A stretch of 64,000 nt of DNA from Vicinamibacterales bacterium (GTDB lineage Bacteria; Acidobacteriota; Vicinamibacteria; Vicinamibacterales; 2-12-FULL-66-21): assembly GCA_035491715.1 (NCBI GenBank), contig DATJKH010000045.1, positions 11,993 to 75,992 on the forward strand, written 5' to 3'. The notes under the pieces were generated by a model. The model was not told the origin of the DNA, made no database searches, and worked only from the letters and a program-made list of their open reading frames with translations. Both the position numbers and the translations under genes were made by a program. Positions 35,167 to 43,179 of the stretch are shown piece after piece; the stretch's first letter is position 1; each line of letters opens with the position of its first letter.

Positions 35167-37440
35167 ATGCGTCGGTTCTTGAGTCCTGTTCTTCTCGCTG
35201 CCATTGTCTACGTTCTTCTGACTGTCGCGCTCACCTGGCCTCTCACAATCCACCCTGCCAGCCTGGTCCCAAACGATCTCGGGGACCCGCTGTTGAACAC
35301 GTGGATTCTCGCGTGGAACGCGCGCGTGCTGCCACTCACAGCGTCGTGGTGGAACGGTCCGCAGTTTTACCCGGTGACGGGAACGCTCGCGTTTTCAGAG
35401 CATCTGCTCGGTTTGACGATCTTCACGACTCCGATCATCTGGCTCACCGGCGAGCCCCTGGTTGCGCACAACGTCGCCTTTTTCTTGTCGTTCGTCCTCT
35501 CTGCGCTGGCGGCATACTTTCTGGCCTACACGATTTCGCGCCGGCATGACTGCGCCTTTCTCGCCGGGGTGGCGTTCGCCTTCGCCCCGTATCGCATGGC
35601 GCAGTTCGCGCACGTGCAGGTGCTGTCGGCGTACTGGATGCCCGTGGCGTTGGCCGCACTCCACCGATACTTCGAGAACCGGCGATTGCACTGGTTGGTG
35701 GTATTTGCCGTGGCGTGGTTTCTCCAGGCGCTCGCCTGCGGGTACTACCTGTTCTATTTGTCCGTCCTCATTGGGCTCTGGCTGCTGTGGTTTGCGAAGG
35801 GACCAGATCGGACACGCGCGCTCGCGTATGTCGCGATCTCCTGGGCGATCGTCACCGCAATGCTCGCCCCTGTGCTGTATGGGTATTGGCGATTTCACCA
35901 TGCCTACGGGTTGCGACGCGGGATTGACGAGATCATTTCGTTCAGCGCCGATGTTGGAAGTGTCTTGAAGGCCCCGGACAATCTCTGGCTCTGGGGCTGG
36001 CTGAGCGTGGTCAAACATCCGGAAGCCGATATCTTCCCCGGACTCACGGTTGTGACTCTGATCGTGCTTGGGCTCGCCCTGGGTTGGCAGGAAGCTGCAA
36101 AGGCGCGAATCGGGCGGCTCAGGATCGCTCGCGTGTTGGTCGCATTCGCCGTGCTGTTTTCCTTCATTGCCGCGTCGCCGCTGTACTTCGGACCATGGAA
36201 ACTGCAGATCGGTGGACTGCGCTTGCTGTCGGTCGGCACGCCGCACAAGCCGTTGTCTCTTGCGTTTGCCTGCCTGATTGTCGCGGGAGCGATGCATCCA
36301 TCGGTGCGTACCGCATGGAGCAGACGATCGGCGATGACCTTCTATGCGCTCGCGGCGCTGGCGATGTGGTTGCTCAGTCTCGGTCCGGAACCGACGCTGA
36401 TGGACCATCCGATCATCTATAAAGCGCCCTACGCCTGGCTGATGATGCTTCCCGGCGTCGAAGGCGTTCGCGTGCCGGCGCGTTTCTGGATGCTCGCGGC
36501 CTTGTGCCTTTCGGTCGCCGCAGCGCTTGCGCTGCGCCAACTCACCGCGCGATGGCCCCGATTCGCCAGGGCGATTCCTGCGATCGCCTGCGTCGGCATA
36601 CTCGCCGACGGGTGGCCGCGCCCCATGTTCATGGAGAAGCGGCCGGCGTCCCGCCCGGTTCATTCGCGGGTTGTCGCTCGTCTCGATCTGCCGCCGGTGG
36701 CGTCACACGACAGCATCTCGCTGTTCCGCGCGACCGAACACAAGCGGCCATTGTTCAACGGCTACAGCGGGTATTTCGCTCCGCACTACTGGGCGATGCA
36801 ATACATGATCAAGCAGCACGATCCCGCGGTGCTCACACGCCTCTCGTCTTACGGCCCGTTCGAAGTCGTTGTCGACCACGACTGGGATCCGGGCGCCGCA
36901 TTGCGCCGGTTTCTCTTGTCAGCGCCGCAGACATCGCTGGTGTATCGCGACGATCGATATTCAGCCTTCAGAGTGGAACGTGGGCCCTACACGCCGGCGA
37001 TTCCGAGGCCGCAGGGGCAGGCGCTAGCGATTGCGTCAATCACGGCAACATGCGGCGAAACACACGCGCGCGAGATGGTTGATGGCGACATCATGTCGCG
37101 ATGGCATTGTGGACGGGAGCAGCGCCCGGGCGACACGTTCACTGTCGATCTCGGCTCCGAGCGGCAGCTCGCGGGCGCCGAACTCTTGATCGCCGGGTTC
37201 GTCGGCGATTTCCCGCGCAAGCTGTCGATTGAAACGTCCGGCGATGGCGCAACCTGGGCGCTTGCCTGGACCGGCGACGCGGCCCTCGTCACGATGTCAG
37301 CAGCGCTGGAAGATCCACTCAATATCCCGATTCCGTTTTCGTTCGAGAAGCGGCCGGCAAGATACGTGCGTTTCACGCAGCTCGGCACTGAGGAGACCTA
37401 CTATTGGTCCGTCGCCGAACTGCGCCTCGTGGGTGGCTGA
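35167..37440 (+). CDS. Polytopic membrane protein (GT-C-like) with C-terminal F5/8 type C (discoidin) domain
   Basis: Trimmed to MRRFLSPVLL. About 13 TM segments. C-terminal ...EMVDGDIMSRWHCGREQRPGDTFTVDLGSERQLAGAELLI...FPRKLSIETSGDGATWALAW fits the discoidin pattern. Confidence 0.7.
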   Translation: MRRFLSPVLLAAIVYVLLTVALTWPLTIHPASLVPNDLGDPLLNTWILAWNARVLPLTASWWNGPQFYPVTGTLAFSEHLLGLTIFTTPIIWLTGEPLVAHNVAFFLSFVLSALAAYFLAYTISRRHDCAFLAGVAFAFAPYRMAQFAHVQVLSAYWMPVALAALHRYFENRRLHWLVVFAVAWFLQALACGYYLFYLSVLIGLWLLWFAKGPDRTRALAYVAISWAIVTAMLAPVLYGYWRFHHAYGLRRGIDEIISFSADVGSVLKAPDNLWLWGWLSVVKHPEADIFPGLTVVTLIVLGLALGWQEAAKARIGRLRIARVLVAFAVLFSFIAASPLYFGPWKLQIGGLRLLSVGTPHKPLSLAFACLIVAGAMHPSVRTAWSRRSAMTFYALAALAMWLLSLGPEPTLMDHPIIYKAPYAWLMMLPGVEGVRVPARFWMLAALCLSVAAALALRQLTARWPRFARAIPAIACVGILADGWPRPMFMEKRPASRPVHSRVVARLDLPPVASHDSISLFRATEHKRPLFNGYSGYFAPHYWAMQYMIKQHDPAVLTRLSSYGPFEVVVDHDWDPGAALRRFLLSAPQTSLVYRDDRYSAFRVERGPYTPAIPRPQGQALAIASITATCGETHAREMVDGDIMSRWHCGREQRPGDTFTVDLGSERQLAGAELLIAGFVGDFPRKLSIETSGDGATWALAWTGDAALVTMSAALEDPLNIPIPFSFEKRPARYVRFTQLGTEETYYWSVAELRLVGG

Positions 37441-37443
37441 TCC

Positions 37444-39195
37444 ATGACCCGGTTTCTTCTCGTCCTTTGTGCCGCGGGACTTTCCGGCTGCTTCACCTCG
37501 AACGTGGTCGTTACGGTGCGACCCGACGGTTCCGGAACCGTTGAGCAGACGGCGACGATCCGCCCGGCCGATCTGCTCGCCTTCGACAGGCTCGCCTCTC
37601 CCGATCTCGCCGCCAACGCACAAAATCCTGCCGACATCGCAAACCAGTTTCAGAAGGACGTCCAGAAGGCGAATCAGGGCTGGCTGGTTGGCGGGAATCT
37701 TCGACTGCGGTCAACCCGCCCGATCAATACCGGGGAGACGATTGGTTGGGCGGTCACCTACGATTTTGATGACGTGACGGGAATGCGACTGGACCTGCTG
37801 CCGCAGATTCCCGGTCTTCAAGGGTTTTATGGAATTGCGGCGAAAGATGCGGGGGCCTCGACGAGGTTGACCACGACGCTGGAGCCAATCGACGAGAGGC
37901 TTCAGCGGCTGACATTTCAATTCCCGCGATTTGCGATGGACCCGGCGGGTGAACCGCCTTCGGCGTGGGCTTCGGGTTCGCCCAGGGAAATGCTGGAGTT
38001 CCGCAAGCTTCTGCGCGGTTCGCGCGTCGGCATCGCCATTGAAAGTACGGCGTCGATCATTCGGACGAATAGCCCATTTCGCGAGCAGAATCGGGTGACA
38101 TTGCTCGACATCGATATCGAGCAGGCGCTGTTCAGCAGGCAAATGGGAATGCTGGCGTCGACGCCGTCGACGTTTCGGGATCTCTTGTTCGCGCTCGCCG
38201 ACCTGCCGGGCGTGACACTCGCGCACGAGGAAGAGATCACCATTGATGTCGAGAATCCGTCGAGGCGGACAGCTGTCCAACAAACCCAGCCGGCGACAAC
38301 GGCTCCAGCCGACACGGAGATCTTTCTTGCTTCGCTGCTGCTGAAGGACGACAAGCTGGCACTTGGACCGCCGGTGAATATTACGAATAGTCCCGGCTAC
38401 GATAATCAACCGTCATTCACGCCCGACGGCAACCGGATCCTGTTTGCGTCGGTCCGTGCTGGAGGAGGGCCATCACGAGACCGAAGCAACGTCGCTGGAT
38501 CGGGTACGCCCGCGACCGACATTTTTCGCTACGACATTGCCTCCCGGAGCATTTGGCGGATCACGAACACGCCTGAAGGCGAGTTTTCGCCCGCGGTGAT
38601 GCCAGACGGCCGGAACATTTCCGTAGTCCGTGTCGAAGCGGATGGTACGCAACGCGTCTGGCGTATCCCCGCTAGCGGTGACACCACCGGCGAGTCGTCG
38701 ATCATCCTTCGCGATATCAAACCAGTCGGGTATTACGCGTGGATCGACGACAGAACGCTTGCGCTGTATGTGCTCGGTCCGCCGGGCGAGCCCTCGACGT
38801 TGCACGTCGCCGATACCCAAACCGGAAGTTCGCGACTGGTAGCAACCAACATCGGCCGATCGATCCAGCGCATGCCCTCCGGCGATGTCAGTTTCGTCTC
38901 GCGACAGTCCAACACGGCAAACGATTCTTCACGCGCACCGACGCTCCAACGGTTGACGGGTTTTCGCACCGAGGCGCTCACGGGCGTGCCGTCTGGAATA
39001 AGTGAGCCATACGTGGTGTGGCTTCCTGATGGCTCGGCACTTGTCGCCGCCAATACCACGCTATATCGCTGGCGTCGCGGCGAAACCTCGTGGACCGTTG
39101 TGGCCAACCTCGAGGCATTCGGACTCCACGCCGTGACACGACTCGCCATTTCGCCTAAAGGTGATCGCATTGCGATTGTCGCTTCAGCCAAGTGA
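37444..39195 (+). CDS. Lipoprotein with C-terminal TolB-like PD40 beta-propeller
   Basis: Lipobox LCAAGLSGC. PD40 repeat ITNSPGYDNQPSFTPDGNRILFAS and further ...EFSPAVMPDGRNIS... Confidence 0.75.
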   Translation: MTRFLLVLCAAGLSGCFTSNVVVTVRPDGSGTVEQTATIRPADLLAFDRLASPDLAANAQNPADIANQFQKDVQKANQGWLVGGNLRLRSTRPINTGETIGWAVTYDFDDVTGMRLDLLPQIPGLQGFYGIAAKDAGASTRLTTTLEPIDERLQRLTFQFPRFAMDPAGEPPSAWASGSPREMLEFRKLLRGSRVGIAIESTASIIRTNSPFREQNRVTLLDIDIEQALFSRQMGMLASTPSTFRDLLFALADLPGVTLAHEEEITIDVENPSRRTAVQQTQPATTAPADTEIFLASLLLKDDKLALGPPVNITNSPGYDNQPSFTPDGNRILFASVRAGGGPSRDRSNVAGSGTPATDIFRYDIASRSIWRITNTPEGEFSPAVMPDGRNISVVRVEADGTQRVWRIPASGDTTGESSIILRDIKPVGYYAWIDDRTLALYVLGPPGEPSTLHVADTQTGSSRLVATNIGRSIQRMPSGDVSFVSRQSNTANDSSRAPTLQRLTGFRTEALTGVPSGISEPYVVWLPDGSALVAANTTLYRWRRGETSWTVVANLEAFGLHAVTRLAISPKGDRIAIVASAK

Positions 39196-39236
39196 GGAAC
39201 ATTCATTGCAGCAGCTTCAGCTTCCGAGGAGGCGCA

Positions 39237-39632
39237 ATGAGTTTGAGAGATAAATACGCCTATGCGATCTCAACCGCAAAGGGAAAGTTCGACGGTAGTG
39301 CCCAGGAGCGCGACGGTAAGCTCCACTTCGTCGGGTCGGTAAAGAGCGAAGAGGAAAAGAACGAGATTTGGAGCGCGATCAAAACAATCCCCGACTGGAG
39401 GAACGATGTCGTCGCCGATATCAAGGTCACCGGCGGCGGCTCTGGGGGGACGGCGACCGCCACCGCAACGACCAGCAAGACTTACACGGTGAAGGCCGGC
39501 GATACGCTCAGCAAAATCGCCAAGCACGAGCTTGGGGACGCCAACGCCTACATGAAGATCTTTGAAGCGAACCGCGACCAGCTGAGCAATCCGGATCTCA
39601 TCAAGCCTGGCCAGGTGTTGCGCATCCCGTAG
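39237..39632 (+). CDS. BON/LysM protein, Kbp (YgaU)-like
   Basis: Trimmed to the ATG at 39237, after GGAGG. The C-terminus YTVKAGDTLSKIAKHELGDANAYMKIFEANRDQLSNPDLIKPGQVLRIP closely matches the E. coli Kbp LysM region recalled from memory. Confidence 0.8.
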   Translation: MSLRDKYAYAISTAKGKFDGSAQERDGKLHFVGSVKSEEEKNEIWSAIKTIPDWRNDVVADIKVTGGGSGGTATATATTSKTYTVKAGDTLSKIAKHELGDANAYMKIFEANRDQLSNPDLIKPGQVLRIP

Positions 39633-39656
39633 CTCTGCTGTTCGCGTATCATTGGC

Positions 39657-39691
39657 CTCCCGGACCACGGCACCATATACTGGTCCGGGAG
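39657..39691 (+). promoter_or_regulatory. Hairpin sequestering the SD of the first response-regulator gene
   Basis: CTCCCGGACCA, 13-nt loop, TGGTCCGGGAG: a perfect 11-bp stem. The right arm contains part of the GGGAGAG sequence, which ends 4 nt before the GTG start at 39698. Confidence 0.5.
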
Positions 39692-39697
39692 AGACCA

Positions 39698-40099
39698 GTG
39701 ACCGCGTCGGCTACGGTTCCGATCGTGCTCCTTGTCGAAGACGATCTCGATGGTCGTCGTATGTACGCCGACTGGTTGAGTGAGGCCGGCTTCCGCGTTG
39801 ATCAGGCTCATAACGGTTTGCAGGCGCTCGAACGGGCATTCGATTCCCGTCCGGACGTCGTGGTGACCGACCTCAACATTCCGGGGATCGACGGTTTCGA
39901 ATTGACGCGCCGTCTCAAACACGATGCGCGAACGCGGGATGTGCCTGTGCTCGCGGTCACCGGCTATGCGGCGTTCGCGTCCGACCCTGAGCGCGCCCGC
40001 CGCGCCGGGTGCGACGCGGTGCTGTCGAAGCCGTGTTCTCCAGAAGATTTGGAGGCCGCAATCCGTGGTCTCATCCGCGAGCGCTCACGCCAGGCGTAG
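39698..40099 (+). CDS. Single-domain response regulator (receiver only), copy 1
   Basis: 133 aa. Motifs VLLVEDDLDG, VVVTDLNIPGIDG, VLAVTGYA, RRAGCDAVLSKPC. Confidence 0.88.
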   Translation: MTASATVPIVLLVEDDLDGRRMYADWLSEAGFRVDQAHNGLQALERAFDSRPDVVVTDLNIPGIDGFELTRRLKHDARTRDVPVLAVTGYAAFASDPERARRAGCDAVLSKPCSPEDLEAAIRGLIRERSRQA

Positions 40100-40109
40100 C
40101 GCGCCCAGC

Positions 40110-40535
40110 ATGACCGGCCCTTCGATCAAGCCGCTGATCCTCATCGTCGAAGACTTCGACGATGCGCGCGAGATGTATCGCGATTATCTCGAGTTCAGCG
40201 GCTTCAGAGCGGAAACGGCGCGCGATGGCCGTGAGGCGATCGACAAGGCGCGAACGTTGCAACCCGATCTGATCCTGATGGACCTGTCCCTTCCTGGCAT
40301 TGATGGATGGGAAGCGACGCGGTTATTGAAGGCCGAACCTGATACCAGTCATCTCCTGATTGTCGCGCTGAGCGCGCACGCGCTGGCCGCTGAAGGTGAG
40401 CGTGCGCGCGCCGCCGGATGCGATGGCTTCATCGCCAAACCCTGCTTGCCGTCCGATCTCGTTCAGGAGATCGGGCACTATCTCAAAGGCCAGCCGGCGA
40501 GCCGCGAGCGCCGCCCGCGCTCCAGACGTCATTGA
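40110..40535 (+). CDS. Single-domain response regulator (receiver only), copy 2
   Basis: Trimmed to the ATG at 40110. Motifs ILIVEDFDDA, LILMDLSLPGIDG, IVALSAHA, RAAGCDGFIAKPC. Confidence 0.88.
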   Translation: MTGPSIKPLILIVEDFDDAREMYRDYLEFSGFRAETARDGREAIDKARTLQPDLILMDLSLPGIDGWEATRLLKAEPDTSHLLIVALSAHALAAEGERARAAGCDGFIAKPCLPSDLVQEIGHYLKGQPASRERRPRSRRH

Positions 40536-40951
40536 TGCCGGGCGCCGAGGCGAATCGCAGAGAGATCTCGCGCGTGCTTCTCGTTGAGGATCACGCCGAT
40601 ACGCGCCAAATGTACGCCGAGTTTCTCGGCATGGAATTCGAAGTCATCACGGCCACTGATGGCGAGGACGCGCTCAGGCGGATGCGGACCGATGTTCCGC
40701 ATCTCATCGTCACCGATCTGTCGCTTCCAGGAATGGACGGCTTCGAATTGATCACCCGCGTCCGCGCCGACGCGAAGCTGCAGTCAATTCCAATCATCTG
40801 CTTGAGTGGATATGGTGGATACGAACACGAACAGCGCGCGCGCGCCGCCGGTTGCGACCGCATTCTTCAGAAGCCATGCATGCCCGACGAGCTCGCGACG
40901 ATCGTGAGCGAGGTAATCGCGCAGGCCGCCCAGCGGAGGAAGAACGCGTGA
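40535..40951 (+). CDS. Single-domain response regulator (receiver only), copy 3
   Basis: ATG overlaps the upstream TGA (TGATG). Motifs VLLVEDHADT, LIVTDLSLPGMDG, IICLSGYG, RAAGCDRILQKPC. Confidence 0.88.
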   Translation: MPGAEANRREISRVLLVEDHADTRQMYAEFLGMEFEVITATDGEDALRRMRTDVPHLIVTDLSLPGMDGFELITRVRADAKLQSIPIICLSGYGGYEHEQRARAAGCDRILQKPCMPDELATIVSEVIAQAAQRRKNA

Positions 40952-41307
40952 GTGCGACAATTTTCATCGTTGAAGACGACGTCGACACGAGAGAGATGCT
41001 CGGGCGATTTCTGGAGCTCGAAGGCTATCGCGTGGAGACGGCGGCGAATGGGAAGCTCGCGCTGGAACGGCTCGGTTCCGGTGTCGGACCCTGTGTCATC
41101 CTGCTCGATCTGATGATGCCGGTGATGGACGGCTGGCAATTCAGACAGGCACAAATCCGAGACGCCGCGCTTGCCGACATACCGGTCATTGTGGTATCGG
41201 CGGCGGGCCGCGACCGACTCGAGAAGATTCACGCAGACGCGTATCTGTCAAAGCCGGTGGATCTCGACGAGCTCCTCGGCTGCGTCACGCAGTTCTGCCG
41301 CCCGTAA
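40948..41307 (+). CDS. Single-domain response regulator (receiver only), copy 4
   Basis: GTG overlaps the upstream TGA (GTGA). Motifs IFIVEDDVDT, VILLDLMMPVMDG, VIVVSAAG, YLSKPV. Confidence 0.85.
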   Translation: MSATIFIVEDDVDTREMLGRFLELEGYRVETAANGKLALERLGSGVGPCVILLDLMMPVMDGWQFRQAQIRDAALADIPVIVVSAAGRDRLEKIHADAYLSKPVDLDELLGCVTQFCRP

Positions 41308-41319
41308 CACTTGCGAAGA

Positions 41320-43068
41320 TCACCGGCTGCTGCCGCTTGCAGCTGGCTTGTCAGGCGCGACGGCCGTTTGCGCAGCCAGTGCACTCGTCTTCATCCGCTT
41401 GAGGCGTTCACTCAGTTTCGCCGACTGGCTGCCATCGATTCCGTAGACGTCCTTTCGAAACTGCACCTGCCGATCGGGTGTAACACGGGCAGTCCAGTAG
41501 CCGAGATAGACCGGGATGGGCGCCTTCAGCTTGACCACCTCTTCTTCTCCCGCATGCATCGCCTCCCGGATCCGTTCTGACGTCCATTCAGGCTGATCGC
41601 GCAGCACGTACTCGGCGAGCTTCTCTGGCTGTTCGAGGCGAACGCAGCCATGACTGAACGATCGACTCGCGCGCGCAAATAGCGAATCGGTGGGCGTGTC
41701 GTGCAGGTAGACATTGAACTGATTCGGGAACATGAATTTCACGAGCCCGAGCGCGTTCGATCCACCGGGGCGCTGGCGGAACCGGTACTTCTCCAGGCTG
41801 GACAGATCCATGGTCGCCGGATTCACCGCATTGCCTGAGGCGTCGACGACCTCCATGTTCATCCGGCTCAGGAACCCCGGATCGTTCAGTGCCGCCGGCA
41901 GCGTCTCCTGCTCCGCGATGTCGTCGGGAACGTTCCACACCGGGGCAAACACCAGATACGTCATCTGGTCGTTGAAGATTGGAGTTTGCGTATCCGGTTT
42001 TCCGACGACGACCCGCATCGTCACGGCTGTCGTTCCGTGTTCAGAAACGTCGAGCCGCATTTCCGGAATGTTGACGAGAATGTGCGGATCACCGAGATCG
42101 CGAGGCAACCACCGCCATCGTTCCATGTTCAAGGCGATCTGCCGAATCCGCGCTTCGACCGGCACGTTCATCTCGGCGGCAAGCGCCGGTCCGACCACGG
42201 CGTCGTCGAGGAGCCCGTGGCGACGCTGGAATCGCTTGACCGCTTCCTGGAGATCGTGATCGTACTTGATCGACGCGCCAGCCGCCGGCGCGCTTCCTGA
42301 GTAATCGCCCGAGACGACCAGCCTCCGCGCCAACGCGCTGGCGACCGGGCTCCATTGACCGGGCTTGATTCGAATGCTGGCGGGCACTGTCGGCCAGCCA
42401 CCGTCGGCGGCAATCGAGCGGTAGTCTTCGAGCGCGCGTTGCAGTGCGCGATAATCAGGGCTCGTCGGTGTCAGCTCGAACAGGGATTCCGCAACGCGAT
42501 TGTCGCGAAGCGCCCGTTCGAGATGGGAAAGTGAATCGAACGACTTCGCTTCGATCTTCCATGCCGGATCCGCATGGGCGAGATCCGAGACGCCGTCGGC
42601 GAGGTCCGACGCGAACTTCATATAGAGCCACGTCAGCCACACGTCCATTGCCGTGGCTTCCTGCAGGTTGAACCCTTTCTTGGTGAGGAATCCACGCGAT
42701 GATTCCTGTTTGCGCTCGTCAAGGAGAGTCGCACTGTACAGTGCTGGATCGAGACCTTCGCGGTCCGCTGTGTGGATCGCGCGGATCAGGGCGTCCATCT
42801 GTGGTCTGGGGGAGCCGTCATCGATCCATGCAGGCGCGAACTCACGATGCTGATAAAAATTGCGAACCAGTTTCCACAGCCGCGTGCCGTCGCGATCGCG
42901 CGTCACGTAATCCGGACGCTTGCTGTCGTCGACGATCTGTCGCAGCGCGGCCTGCGCCTGGGCTTCGCCTTCGGACCCGGACGACGTGAACCGGGCGCAG
43001 GAGGTGACGCACAGGGAAGCGACCAGGATTGCTGGCGCCGCGAACAGTCGGCAGAAAGGCTGCATCAT
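41320..43068 (-). CDS. L,D-transpeptidase family protein (YcbB-like) with peptidoglycan-binding domain
   Basis: Trimmed to MMQPFCRLFAAPAILVASLCVTSC (lipobox). YkuD catalytic motif HDTPTDSLFARASRSFSHGCVRL, and a PG-binding-like segment LQEAVKRFQRRHGL. Confidence 0.88.
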   Translation of the reverse strand: MMQPFCRLFAAPAILVASLCVTSCARFTSSGSEGEAQAQAALRQIVDDSKRPDYVTRDRDGTRLWKLVRNFYQHREFAPAWIDDGSPRPQMDALIRAIHTADREGLDPALYSATLLDERKQESSRGFLTKKGFNLQEATAMDVWLTWLYMKFASDLADGVSDLAHADPAWKIEAKSFDSLSHLERALRDNRVAESLFELTPTSPDYRALQRALEDYRSIAADGGWPTVPASIRIKPGQWSPVASALARRLVVSGDYSGSAPAAGASIKYDHDLQEAVKRFQRRHGLLDDAVVGPALAAEMNVPVEARIRQIALNMERWRWLPRDLGDPHILVNIPEMRLDVSEHGTTAVTMRVVVGKPDTQTPIFNDQMTYLVFAPVWNVPDDIAEQETLPAALNDPGFLSRMNMEVVDASGNAVNPATMDLSSLEKYRFRQRPGGSNALGLVKFMFPNQFNVYLHDTPTDSLFARASRSFSHGCVRLEQPEKLAEYVLRDQPEWTSERIREAMHAGEEEVVKLKAPIPVYLGYWTARVTPDRQVQFRKDVYGIDGSQSAKLSERLKRMKTSALAAQTAVAPDKPAASGSSR

Positions 43069-43179
43069 GTTCACCGATGGGCTTGATAGCAAGGGGAGTG
43101 CCGGAGAACTTGCGGGTGAAACGGCCGAATCACGCCGGTTTGACCGCGCAACTGTCCGTTAAAAGCGGAGAGTGTAACT

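Noticed and set aside
35395-36663. Long antisense or alternative-frame ORFs: 35395..36663 (-, 422 aa), 43159..44250 (-, 363 aa), 18576..19775 (-, 399 aa), 17232..18389 (-, 385 aa), 33412..34980 (-, 522 aa), 34302..35549 (+, 415 aa), 59856..60953 (-, 365 aa), 5635..6444 (-, 269 aa) and 5755..6528 (+, 257 aa).
   Set aside because: All lie entirely within or opposite ORFs that have clear family motifs. Their translations are Arg/Pro/Gly/Ala-rich low-complexity sequence, typical of non-coding frames in high-GC DNA. No start context or motif supports them.
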